Below are positions 8,883-16,763 of a stretch of 27,368 nt of DNA, piece after piece (the first letter of the stretch is position 1; each line of letters begins with the position of its first letter). Below the pieces are notes generated by a model, which ran no database searches, was not told where the DNA came from, and worked only from the letters and a program-made list of their open reading frames with translations. The position numbers and the translations under genes are program-made. This stretch comes from a virus (lineage: Duplodnaviria > Caudoviricetes), in IMG/VR virus record IMGVR_UViG_3300033067_000654, positions 1 to 27,368 of that record. One strand, given 5' to 3'.

Positions 8883-9201
8883 AACCATTTGTTAAGGCCT
8901 TAACTAATTCGTATCGTTTAACAGCTTCTTGAACTTCGTCCCAGGCTGCTGCTAGTGCAGGTGTGTTTTTAGATTCTCGACGATCTTCATACCATTCCCA
9001 CGGGTTGGCATCACACCAGTAAACCACAGCGGCTCTGTGACTGTGAGTAGCAACACTTTCGCGCCACCCTGTGTTGGTTCCAGCAAAGTAACTGGTACCT
9101 ATGCCGCCTTCATCCGCAAGTGTGGGCCCAACAAAAGTCAGATAGGTGCCGCACTGCTCGGGCAGTTTTTCGTTTGTGTTATACCAGAAGGTTGTTTTCA
9201 T
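8869..9201 (-). CDS. Hypothetical phage protein (W….EKLPE..G.YL N-terminus, DUF551-like)
   Basis: Motif recognised by eye. Confidence 0.7.
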   Translation of the reverse strand: MKTTFWYNTNEKLPEQCGTYLTFVGPTLADEGGIGTSYFAGTNTGWRESVATHSHRAAVVYWCDANPWEWYEDRRESKNTPALAAAWDEVQEAVKRYELVKALTNGYEHS

Positions 9202-9205
9202 AATA

Positions 9206-9457
9206 TTACGACCACCGTAACATAAACACTGTTAAGTCTTGCTCGTCTCTAAACCAAAATTTGCTGTTGTTTGTATACCATCGAGCCCCTGGAGTCCAAA
9301 TACCATCTTGTGGTTGCGTTCCAAATGTTTTGTTGCACCAATCCATTACATCCCGCCAGGTGGTTGCAGTATCAGAAAACGAGTACTCGTTGAAAATAAG
9401 TTTAACAGTATAATACCGTTTTCCGCTTATTCGCCCCTCGTTTAGTCCTAACTCCAT
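9206..9457 (-). CDS. LRW-family small protein
   Basis: WCNKTFG…RW; C-terminus FWFRDEQDLTVFMLRWS. Confidence 0.8.
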   Translation of the reverse strand: MELGLNEGRISGKRYYTVKLIFNEYSFSDTATTWRDVMDWCNKTFGTQPQDGIWTPGARWYTNNSKFWFRDEQDLTVFMLRWS

Positions 9458-9681
9458 TTTAGTAAAAATAGCGATAAATCTTCGCGTTTGTCAAACAACA
9501 CTTCGCCGTGATCGATATAATCCTTCCACCTGATTTGTGCAGTAAGATGATTGTAGCCCGGCGGCCCGTATACATTGTAACACCATTTTCTAATTTCCGC
9601 AACGGCATCTTTGCTGGTGCTAAATGCAGCTACAGCATGCCCTTGATCCCAATATTCGTCATATGTATGGATAAACATCAC
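9448..9681 (-). CDS. LRW-family small protein
   Basis: WCYNVYG…RW; C-terminus FDKREDLSLFLLKWS. Confidence 0.8.
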   Translation of the reverse strand: MMFIHTYDEYWDQGHAVAAFSTSKDAVAEIRKWCYNVYGPPGYNHLTAQIRWKDYIDHGEVLFDKREDLSLFLLKWS

Positions 9682-9878
9682 GAATACCTTAAAACAAACA
9701 GTGTGTACAAATATTCATCATGCCACTTGACATTCAGCTTATAGTATTTGCTCTTGCTCTTGCCGAGTGTGCCTTTATATTCCTTCAATCGTTCTTCAAT
9801 AACATCTTCGCCGTTATGACTGAGAATGAAGTTATTGAAATAGCCGGTCTGAGACCTTTCGTATTGTTTCTTTATCAT
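9678..9878 (-). CDS. LRW-family small protein
   Basis: C-terminus VKWHDEYLYTLFVLRYS. Confidence 0.75.
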   Translation of the reverse strand: MIKKQYERSQTGYFNNFILSHNGEDVIEERLKEYKGTLGKSKSKYYKLNVKWHDEYLYTLFVLRYS

Positions 9879-10054
9879 AGCCAAATCAAGTTAAACCAAA
9901 TTGCATCTTTTTCTTCCACTAAGAAAAAAATATCATCTAACCCAATTTGCCATAAACTCCAATTGGTCATATCTACGTAGTCCTTGCAATTTGCTTGTAT
10001 CCAACTGCATTGCTCATGCCAAGTGATAGGGCAACTAATAGTAATCTTAGTCAA
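9875..10054 (-). CDS. LRW-family small protein
   Basis: WIQANC; C-terminus FLVEEKDAIWFNLIWL; TTGA-coupled TTG start. Confidence 0.72.
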   Translation of the reverse strand: MTKITISCPITWHEQCSWIQANCKDYVDMTNWSLWQIGLDDIFFLVEEKDAIWFNLIWL

Positions 10055-10470
10055 GACCACCTCAGCATAAACATTATAAATTCTTGCTCGTCCTTAAAAG
10101 CTACAAATATGTAATCCCCGCCGCCAAGATCATTTAATTCCCATTGGTTTGCAGTAGCTGGGCATCTTATTGCACGGAAAAAGTCCATGCGGTACTTTTC
10201 TTTGCAATTGGTCTCGCACCATTTGTCTACTATATAGGTGCCGACCATGCCCAGGTCCCAATAATATACCTCGTGATTGCGATTTTCGAATACGTAGACA
10301 TAGGGATACCCATGATAAAACTCTTTAATTCGTGTAGCACGCCAATTAACATCAGGGTCAAACCGATGGTTATATTGACGCCAATTTTCACAGTGATGTT
10401 TTTTGAGAAAACGACGATCCTGCCAAGCTTTATAGCGTTCGCGAATTTTTGATATTAAATTGATAGCCAT
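10051..10470 (-). CDS. LRW-family protein with N-terminal extension
   Basis: WCETNC; C-terminus AFKDEQEFIMFMLRWS; likely start MAIN at 10470. Confidence 0.8.
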   Translation of the reverse strand: MAINLISKIRERYKAWQDRRFLKKHHCENWRQYNHRFDPDVNWRATRIKEFYHGYPYVYVFENRNHEVYYWDLGMVGTYIVDKWCETNCKEKYRMDFFRAIRCPATANQWELNDLGGGDYIFVAFKDEQEFIMFMLRWS

Positions 10471-10700
10471 TTTAATGCAAACACCGCACGGTGCTCTGGA
10501 TCCCTGATACGCCAAATGTCAACATTAAACAAATATGAAGTTAGTTTGCTATCGCTAGTGTTAAGAGCAGACTCTGCTGCGATGTTCATTTCCCTACACC
10601 AGTTGACTACTTCACGTCGATACTTATTCGGCACCATGATATCGCGTTCATCACTAGTGAGTTTTAAGTTGCCGTGTTCTGCAAATATTTTTGTAGACAT
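10455..10700 (-). CDS. LRW-family small protein
   Basis: NWCRE; C-terminus IRDPEHRAVFALKWL. Confidence 0.78.
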   Translation of the reverse strand: MSTKIFAEHGNLKLTSDERDIMVPNKYRREVVNWCREMNIAAESALNTSDSKLTSYLFNVDIWRIRDPEHRAVFALKWLSI

Positions 10701-11014
10701 TACGTATCACTCAATATGTCAAATAATGTAGCGTATTGTATTTCTGGCTCCATGTGAAAACCTGTGCCCCACACTACCCAGACTCGCCTCTTGTAGACTG
10801 TTTCCCACCAGACTTTTTTACCAGCGACTGTCTTACGAGGCCACCAAGCAAATGCTTTACGCCAGGGGTAACAGCCTGCGCCATCTTCAATGATGGTTAT
10901 TTCCATGTACTTATTTCCGGGTGCAGGATTAAAATTCATTGCGCCATTAAAACTCATTCGTGCCTTGTTGTATCGGATATTGTCGCCTATGCTTCTACCC
11001 CAGAGAATCTTCAT
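10700..11014 (-). CDS. Trp-rich hypothetical protein, related to 18222..18425
   Basis: W…FAW.P……VW..T.Y.R…EI.Y.T.FD.L pattern shared with 18222..18425. Confidence 0.75.
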   Translation of the reverse strand: MKILWGRSIGDNIRYNKARMSFNGAMNFNPAPGNKYMEITIIEDGAGCYPWRKAFAWWPRKTVAGKKVWWETVYKRRVWVVWGTGFHMEPEIQYATLFDILSDT

Positions 11015-11226
11015 TTAGACCCAGCAAAATAGTCCCAAGGTTTACCGCCAAGTGTTTCCCAGTTTTCGTATTTTTGGGCTTCTTCCTTGCAGCTCTGCGG
11101 TTGTCCAATAGATCCAACTACTGCCATGCAGTCTTCACATCGGTAAGAAATGCCCGAACCTTCATCAAAGTATGCTGTGCCGCCACAAGGTAGCTGCATT
11201 GGGGGAAATATATCTTGTGTTTTCAT
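11011..11226 (-). CDS. Small putative zinc-ribbon protein
   Basis: PCGG…YRCEDC…C. Confidence 0.72.
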   Translation of the reverse strand: MKTQDIFPPMQLPCGGTAYFDEGSGISYRCEDCMAVVGSIGQPQSCKEEAQKYENWETLGGKPWDYFAGSK

Positions 11227-11423
11227 GTCCACTTTAATGTATACAATAGGATATTGTGCGATTCTCGGATAATCATCATATGGCTAACAGCATTATACTC
11301 CCAGGGCCCGCAGAATTCGCGGTGTCCAAATGTTTTTTCACACCACATAATTCGATCTTGTACTTGGCTCCAGCCCTCCATTCCCCGGGGCAGATTAAAA
11401 ACTTGTACGTCTACTTTATCCAT
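11223..11423 (-). CDS. LRW-family small protein
   Basis: WCEKTFG…W; ends LLYTLKWT. Confidence 0.78.
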   Translation of the reverse strand: MDKVDVQVFNLPRGMEGWSQVQDRIMWCEKTFGHREFCGPWEYNAVSHMMIIRESHNILLYTLKWT

Positions 11424-11638
11424 TTTAGTGTGAACCACATTTGTTGCTGCTCAGTTTCAAACCACCATTGGTATTGCTGCTCTTCATACTGCCGCCCAGG
11501 TCCAGCCCAGAATACACACCATGAGCCGCTACGATTTCCTATTGCTTCCCATCTTGTGCCCCATTGCTCTACACACCAACGTTCGGCATTGTGTAGTATT
11601 TTTCTAGTAGTTTGCACACCATATGGTAACTGCTTCAT
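11411..11638 (-). CDS. LRW-family small protein
   Basis: WCVEQWG; C-terminus WFETEQQQMWFTLKW. Confidence 0.78.
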   Translation of the reverse strand: MKQLPYGVQTTRKILHNAERWCVEQWGTRWEAIGNRSGSWCVFWAGPGRQYEEQQYQWWFETEQQQMWFTLKWIK

Positions 11639-11880
11639 TGCCACCTCATCACAAACCAGTTAAGTTTCTTTTCATCTGTAAAGAAATATTTGTTGCGCAT
11701 ACGCTTCCAACCAGTGACAGGTTCCTCGCCCCACAAGTCACCTTTACCAAATACCTCTTCGCACCAGGTGTCAATGTTAGGATACCAATCTTGTCCCCAG
11801 AAGTTCATTTCAGGACGCCATGGTGGCTCATCTAACTCGGCGGTATAATATCCCGCATTGTATTCTGTTTGAATGATCAT
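11635..11880 (-). CDS. LRW-family small protein
   Basis: WCEEVFG; C-terminus YFFTDEKKLNWFVMRWQ. Confidence 0.8.
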   Translation of the reverse strand: MIIQTEYNAGYYTAELDEPPWRPEMNFWGQDWYPNIDTWCEEVFGKGDLWGEEPVTGWKRMRNKYFFTDEKKLNWFVMRWQ

Positions 11881-12128
11881 GACCACTTCAATACAAACAA
11901 AGTGTATTTGGCATCATTGTTAAATGTTACTACAAATCTGTAGTCATTGTCCTTGCACTTAAAAGTTGCATCCATCTGCGCAAGCTCTTCTCGCATTAAG
12001 GACTGTACTACTCCGGGCCCAGCAATCTTCCCGCCGATTCGCCTATTCCATAAGTCGGCATACCACTTTTCAAAGTAGTCTCTGGGCTTGTGAACATTGA
12101 TATTCTGATAATACTCTTTAACTATCAT
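11877..12128 (-). CDS. LRW-family small protein
   Basis: C-terminus VTFNNDAKYTLFVLKWS. Confidence 0.78.
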   Translation of the reverse strand: MIVKEYYQNINVHKPRDYFEKWYADLWNRRIGGKIAGPGVVQSLMREELAQMDATFKCKDNDYRFVVTFNNDAKYTLFVLKWS

Positions 12129-12514
12129 GTGCCCCACCTTAGCATATACCATTCGTAGTCTATAGCATCACGGAAGTTAATATACCCTAAACCAACATAC
12201 CAACGTGACCATGCATCCTGCTTCACGGGATGTGCGCCAAACTGTTCAGTACACCATGCAATAGCTTGATTGTATTCATCAGACAAGCGCCATACTGAAT
12301 CACTATTGAGTTTAACAGTATACCACTTGGCACGACTGAACTTATACTTTGATTCTGGCGGAGACGGAAACATGATTTCCTTGCAGAGATTGGTATCGTG
12401 GATACGACTCTTGAGAGCCGTGTAGTAAAGACTTTTACCAGTTTGGCGACCTCCAGAGAATATCATCATTTCTCCGGGAGAAATACCTTCAGTGACGTTT
12501 CGCATAATATTCAT
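12125..12514 (-). CDS. LRW-family protein fused to an N-terminal Walker-A-like fragment
   Basis: GISPGEMMIFSGGRQTGKS, then WCTEQFG…RW…FRDAIDYEWYMLRWG. Confidence 0.78.
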   Translation of the reverse strand: MNIMRNVTEGISPGEMMIFSGGRQTGKSLYYTALKSRIHDTNLCKEIMFPSPPESKYKFSRAKWYTVKLNSDSVWRLSDEYNQAIAWCTEQFGAHPVKQDAWSRWYVGLGYINFRDAIDYEWYMLRWGT

Positions 12515-12723
12515 GTCCACCTCAGCATAATCATTGACATTATAGATTCATGTTTAACTCTAATAATACTCATTGCACTACCGTAGTAAGCAATAACCCA
12601 CAGCTTGTTTTCGTCATCGCCAAATGTATCCCGCATCCAGTTAAGAAATCCGTAGCCGATGACTGAAATCTCCCAAGAGTCGGGGTCACATGTGCGCTGT
12701 GTAACTTTGATGTTTATGTCCAT
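12511..12723 (-). CDS. LRW-family small protein
   Basis: WMRDTFG…W; ends HESIMSMIMLRWT. Confidence 0.75.
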   Translation of the reverse strand: MDINIKVTQRTCDPDSWEISVIGYGFLNWMRDTFGDDENKLWVIAYYGSAMSIIRVKHESIMSMIMLRWT

Positions 12724-12956
12724 TTTAGCACAAAGAATGTAAACTTTAGTTCGTCAATCACGTGATACCCTTTGACATTCGTAAAGTCCTCGGATAAAAC
12801 AAGCTGTAATCCACTGTCTTGCTCAAAGTAATAGAGTTTTGCATCCTGCTCTGCAATACCTGTGATAACTCGCGCTTCTGGGGGACAATACTTAATTGTA
12901 CTACCGACTTCGACTGCCCATTTGTTCATCGCAGATTTAATTGACGAACCAATCAT
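12714..12956 (-). CDS. LRW-family small protein
   Basis: Ends VIDELKFTFFVLKWT. Confidence 0.75.
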   Translation of the reverse strand: MIGSSIKSAMNKWAVEVGSTIKYCPPEARVITGIAEQDAKLYYFEQDSGLQLVLSEDFTNVKGYHVIDELKFTFFVLKWT

Positions 12957-13168
12957 GACCACCTCAGTGCAAACAACATTGCATCTTGCTCACTATACAA
13001 TATAAAGCTAGTCCGATTATGGAGATGTTCCAACCCCCATTGTCCCCTGGAAAAGTTTTTAGAACACCAAGATATTATATTAGCCACTTGCTCGGGATCG
13101 TTATTTAAACCGCAAGTGACAATACAGTGCCAGCAGTCAAAAATGCTTTTCTTAACAGTTAGTTCCAT
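12953..13168 (-). CDS. LRW-family small protein
   Basis: WCSKNF…W; ends YSEQDAMLFALRWS. Confidence 0.78.
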   Translation of the reverse strand: MELTVKKSIFDCWHCIVTCGLNNDPEQVANIISWCSKNFSRGQWGLEHLHNRTSFILYSEQDAMLFALRWS

Positions 13169-13368
13169 AACACACAAAAGAATGTAGCATCGTGAGACTC
13201 ACGGAATCGAAGGTGCGGTTTGCGTCCATATCCGTTGCCAACAATAGACCAGCGGGCAACACCCATTTCGAAATCTTGTCTAATGTTGTTACCTAGCCAA
13301 ATAGCCAACTCATCATAGGACACTGTACTGCCATCTAGTCGTTGTTTAGGAATAGGTATTTCTGTCAT
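13159..13368 (-). CDS. LRW-family small protein
   Basis: WLGNNI…RW; ends FRESHDATFFCVLWN. Confidence 0.75.
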   Translation of the reverse strand: MTEIPIPKQRLDGSTVSYDELAIWLGNNIRQDFEMGVARWSIVGNGYGRKPHLRFRESHDATFFCVLWN

Positions 13369-13661
13369 GACCACTTTAGCACAAAGAATGTTAGATCTGC
13401 GTGTGTTTTGAACTTGATATATCGCTCATCCCACTTCTTAGTTATTTTGTAGGTTGCATTAAAATTGGCCAGCTGGCGTACAAAGTTTTCGTCGTATCCC
13501 AAATTCCAATCCGCTGTATCTTTTACGTGCCGGAGAAATTTAGCCCAATACGGTTCAAACACGGCACGTTCATCTAATTGTCCATATTGGTCAAAATACC
13601 GCTCATACCTAATTACAAGGTCTTTGAGTTTGATTATGCAATCATCGGGTCTGATAGCCAT
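13365..13661 (-). CDS. LRW-family small protein
   Basis: Ends IKFKTHADLTFFVLKWS. Confidence 0.78.
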   Translation of the reverse strand: MAIRPDDCIIKLKDLVIRYERYFDQYGQLDERAVFEPYWAKFLRHVKDTADWNLGYDENFVRQLANFNATYKITKKWDERYIKFKTHADLTFFVLKWS

Positions 13662-13664
13662 ACG

Positions 13665-13982
13665 TTACGCACAGAGTAAAGCCCAAACCGCAGTCTTTTC
13701 AAGATCATCTTGAAATTCGGGGTACACGCTATTCAGTTCATCAAGTTCAACTGACTTGTATCCACTATGTAATTTCTTTTCAAACATTTCGATAGCGTCC
13801 CGAGTGCTGCTTTCGAACAGTTTGGTTTGCAGCTTTTTGCCGCGGCGTCCCCAAAACGACACATACTGATTTTTAGTGTAACCAAAATCATTTGTATCAT
13901 TGTTACGTAACAGGATAATGCCCCAAACTTTGTCAGAGTTTTCTTCTTCGTTGCGATACCAACCAATGTGTTTATATTCCAT
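13665..13982 (-). CDS. WGR-domain-like protein
   Basis: SDKVW…FWGRRG…Q…KK…GY pattern of WGR domains; TAATG-coupled start. Confidence 0.75.
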   Translation of the reverse strand: MEYKHIGWYRNEEENSDKVWGIILLRNNDTNDFGYTKNQYVSFWGRRGKKLQTKLFESSTRDAIEMFEKKLHSGYKSVELDELNSVYPEFQDDLEKTAVWALLCA

Positions 13983-14275
13983 TATGCCCACCTTAGAGTT
14001 GCAATAAGTTTGAGTTCGTCTAGATTGCCTATGGCGTTATTATATACAATAATAACAAAGTGATCAATAGTTCCTGCTTTAGACGTTAAACTCCAGCCAT
14101 ACTGCCCGGTATTTGCTATACACCACGAGCTAACTTCGCTATAGTCTCGGGAGTTCGTTTCGATCCTAAATACTTCTTTTCGACGTGCCCGATCGATATA
14201 GGCCATAGAAGATTCAATTTTGAAGGTTGCCCTTGGTCTCTTTAAGAGCGCACTAATGTCTGCCACATTACCCAT
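13982..14275 (-). CDS. LRW-family small protein
   Basis: WCIANTG..GW; ends IATLRWA. Confidence 0.72.
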   Translation of the reverse strand: MGNVADISALLKRPRATFKIESSMAYIDRARRKEVFRIETNSRDYSEVSSWCIANTGQYGWSLTSKAGTIDHFVIIVYNNAIGNLDELKLIATLRWA

Positions 14276-14520
14276 TTTTCAAAATCCTCTGCATCGTCGC
14301 TGTCCTCAAATTGAACAGCTTGATTGGGACTCCAGCTAGGAGTTGTATAAAATGCTGCACGACAGTTCTCTTCGCACCATATTCTGATTCGAAGCATGTT
14401 GGAATTGAATTCGCAAAATGAATCAAAGAAGTCATTGCGATTATGCCACGGAACACTAACCCAGTGTAGTTTGGGTACTTTTACGTCTAGTCCCGGCCAC
14501 GGTGTAGTGTACGTTATCAT
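14242..14520 (-). CDS. LRW-like small protein, probably translated from a leaderless mRNA
   Basis: WCEENC; VQFEDSDDAEDFEKW; ATG lies 7 nt after the -10 box. Confidence 0.72.
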   Translation of the reverse strand: MITYTTPWPGLDVKVPKLHWVSVPWHNRNDFFDSFCEFNSNMLRIRIWCEENCRAAFYTTPSWSPNQAVQFEDSDDAEDFEKWVMWQTLVRS

Positions 14521-14527
14521 ATGCTAT

Positions 14528-14556
14528 ATTATAGCAAGAAACGGACATCAAGTCAA
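14528..14556 (-). promoter_or_regulatory. sigma70-type promoter
   Basis: TTGACT-N17-TATAAT with an extended TG. Confidence 0.75.
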
Positions 14557-14762
14557 TCCAAATTCCAACGTAAAAGAAACATAGTCACTGCTGCTTCGTT
14601 ACGCAATTTCCAGCCATTGTAACTTTCTCGGTAACCTAATTCGTGCTGCTGTACCCAGTGGCTGATTTCTACTAAGTCGGCATCTGTTGGGGAACCTACG
14701 TCACGTTCCCAAACTTCTACATAGCGCGGCCTAGTGGTAAATGTTTTAACAAAGTAACTCAT
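14553..14762 (-). CDS. LRW-family small protein
   Basis: Start MSYF (ATGA overlap); ends RNEAAVTMFLLRWNLD. Confidence 0.75.
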   Translation of the reverse strand: MSYFVKTFTTRPRYVEVWERDVGSPTDADLVEISHWVQQHELGYRESYNGWKLRNEAAVTMFLLRWNLD

Positions 14763-14992
14763 GCCCAGCGGATAGCAAACAGAGTTAGGGTTTCGGCTGT
14801 GGGTATGTTTACTGTCATTCCTTGCATAGTGCAGCCGTTTTCTAAACACCAATTGACGAATTCGTCAACATGGTCAGACCAAAATTTAAGATCAGTTAAC
14901 AGTATCATATAATCGGTATCTGAGCCGTCGGGCATAAGCAATGGCGGCACCACCATAAACTTGTCAGTATGCCAATCTCCGATATTGCTCAC
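14759..14992 (-). CDS. LRW-family small protein
   Basis: WCLENG; ends LTLFAIRWA; GTGA-coupled GTG start. Confidence 0.75.
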   Translation of the reverse strand: MSNIGDWHTDKFMVVPPLLMPDGSDTDYMILLTDLKFWSDHVDEFVNWCLENGCTMQGMTVNIPTAETLTLFAIRWA

Positions 14993-15237
14993 ATCCACCT
15001 CATAACAAACCACAGGTAATCGGGTTGATGCTTAAATGAAAACGTAGTGTAACCAAACATTGAGTGTATAGTCCAATTGGGTAACACAGTCCAGTCTTTG
15101 GGGTACTGCTCCCCAATCCATTTACCGGTCCCAAATTGACAGTCGCACCAATGAGACATTTCTGTTTGTTGATGATATCGATCTTTTCCGTATGTTACTG
15201 CATATTTTTTCGAAAGATCGCAAAGATCAGTGGCCAT
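14989..15237 (-). CDS. LRW-family small protein
   Basis: WCDCQFG…W; ends FSFKHQPDYLWFVMRWM. Confidence 0.78.
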   Translation of the reverse strand: MATDLCDLSKKYAVTYGKDRYHQQTEMSHWCDCQFGTGKWIGEQYPKDWTVLPNWTIHSMFGYTTFSFKHQPDYLWFVMRWM

Positions 15238-15496
15238 ATTTTAAATGAAAGTATGTTGCGTCCTGCTCTGAAAACTGTGCGATGATGCGTACATGATATC
15301 CATATGAGGTGGTGTTAAATCCAGTTAGCCATTGTGGTTCGGGACAACTATGTTCCATTACCCATTTGCCTGCCTCAGTTTGTTGCCACTCGTAAATAGG
15401 CTGAGCTGCATAAATTGCAGGATCTTCTACGTCACCTAACGTAAACGCATGAACAAGAACCTTTGTCATGCCCGATTGTAGCACAGTTTTGTTCAT
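15227..15496 (-). CDS. LRW-like small protein
   Basis: GDVEDP..YAA.P..EW…G.WVM; ends FSEQDATYFHLKYG. Confidence 0.75.
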   Translation of the reverse strand: MNKTVLQSGMTKVLVHAFTLGDVEDPAIYAAQPIYEWQQTEAGKWVMEHSCPEPQWLTGFNTTSYGYHVRIIAQFSEQDATYFHLKYGH

Positions 15497-15948
15497 TTGT
15501 CAAACTCAGTTTTCTTAAGGGTGTCCCACACTACCATTTTTTCTTTAATATCTGCCTCAAGCTTGCGATATTGGTCACCTAGCTGTTTGAGTTCTTCCCA
15601 CTCTTTTTCTATTTCGAGATTGGGCTGCAATATAGCCAATCGCTCTTCGATGGCCTCGATAGCTTTGCACAAACTTTTACCATTGACTTTGATGTCTGCG
15701 CCCTCGCCATTGACACTTAACGAGGTGTCATTACTCCAGGTATTTTGTCCAACGGCTCCGATGCCCCATGTTGTTCCCGGGGTACCGATAGTCCAGTTAG
15801 TGTTAGTTCCGGTAGTTAGTATAGACCCCATTGCCCAATTGGTAGGATCAATGGTGTATGTAGAACCAGTAGCCCCGACTGTGTATTTGTATTCGTGAGT
15901 AGAATAATCGTCGATTGTTAGGTTAGTATCTTTTGAATTGTCTGACAT
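15493..15948 (-). CDS. Hypothetical protein (Thr/Gly-rich N-half, coiled-coil C-half), probably leaderless
   Basis: Start MSDN at 15948, 6 nt after the -10 box. Confidence 0.75.
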   Translation of the reverse strand: MSDNSKDTNLTIDDYSTHEYKYTVGATGSTYTIDPTNWAMGSILTTGTNTNWTIGTPGTTWGIGAVGQNTWSNDTSLSVNGEGADIKVNGKSLCKAIEAIEERLAILQPNLEIEKEWEELKQLGDQYRKLEADIKEKMVVWDTLKKTEFDK

Positions 15949-15954
15949 GAATGT

Positions 15955-15983
15955 AGTATAAAGTTTTACAAGTGACTTGTCAA
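15955..15983 (-). promoter_or_regulatory. sigma70-type promoter
   Basis: TTGACA-N17-TATACT. Confidence 0.75.
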
Positions 15984-16024
15984 TTAAAGTGGTAAAATAT
16001 CCCAACTAAAGTACTAAATATTGC

Positions 16025-16633
16025 ATGCGAGAAGTTAAATCAATCCCCGGATATTGCTACCCAATATCATATCAAGTTGACTACGACCGGCTATACAGTA
16101 GTATAAACACATTGTTATCTCGATTGGGGCTTAGTATGGCGGACATCAACAAACGTTGTTTAACTGAGTTTGCCCACACAATTAACCTCACACATCAGCT
16201 GGGACTCACTGGCGACGATCGTTGGAAAAAGTATGCCGGTGGACATCGCGCTGTTGCAAGACAAGGTGCGCATGAAGTTGATTTTGTCCAGCATTTAGAC
16301 GAAATTAAGGATCTGTATCTAGGGCAAGTGTTACGGGATGTATATGATCAACATCCTGGATTATTCCAAGGTAGGGCACAGCTAATTTGGTTAGGTGCCA
16401 AACAAAGATATGATATGCACCGCGATCCGCATACTCCTAATAGGTACCACATACCGATTATCACAAACACGTTATGCTATTGGGTATTGGCAGAGCCTAA
16501 TAAAGAACCAGTTAAACTGCATATGCCTGCAGATGGCAGAGTTTGGTATCTAAATCCAGTTGCACTTGAGCACACCTTCATTAATGATTCTAACGTGCCT
16601 AGACTGCATATACTTTTAACTAGTGGATTGTAA
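16025..16633 (+). CDS. 2OG-Fe(II) oxygenase, aspartyl/asparaginyl beta-hydroxylase-like
   Basis: HRD…RYHIPIITN…H…N….R.H (HxD…H facial triad); preceded by CTAAATA. Confidence 0.8.
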   Translation: MREVKSIPGYCYPISYQVDYDRLYSSINTLLSRLGLSMADINKRCLTEFAHTINLTHQLGLTGDDRWKKYAGGHRAVARQGAHEVDFVQHLDEIKDLYLGQVLRDVYDQHPGLFQGRAQLIWLGAKQRYDMHRDPHTPNRYHIPIITNTLCYWVLAEPNKEPVKLHMPADGRVWYLNPVALEHTFINDSNVPRLHILLTSGL

Positions 16634-16639
16634 GTCATG

Positions 16640-16669
16640 AAAAAGCCCGCCGAAGCGGGCTTTTATTTT
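16640..16669. terminator. Bidirectional intrinsic terminator
   Basis: AAAAAGCCCGC-CGAA-GCGGGCTTTTATTTT between the convergent oxygenase gene and tRNA operon. Confidence 0.88.
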
Positions 16670-16743
16670 GGTACCTGGACACGGTTTCGAACCGCGGACC
16701 CTCTCGGTGTAAACGAGACGCTCTCCCCCTGAGCTATCCAGGC
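16669..16743 (-). tRNA. tRNA-Val(TAC)
   Basis: GCCTGGATAGCTCAG…CTCG-TTTACAC-CGAG…GGTTCGAAACC…TCCAGGTACCA. Confidence 0.93.
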
Positions 16744-16763
16744 AATGTAAATTGTAGTAAGTC

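Noticed and set aside
4595-15496. CRISPR array, integron cassette array or diversity-generating retroelement as an explanation for the LRW array
   Set aside because: I saw no identical direct repeats, attC-like palindromes, template/variable repeat pair, integrase or reverse transcriptase in the window. The similarity is at protein level plus a short junction motif.
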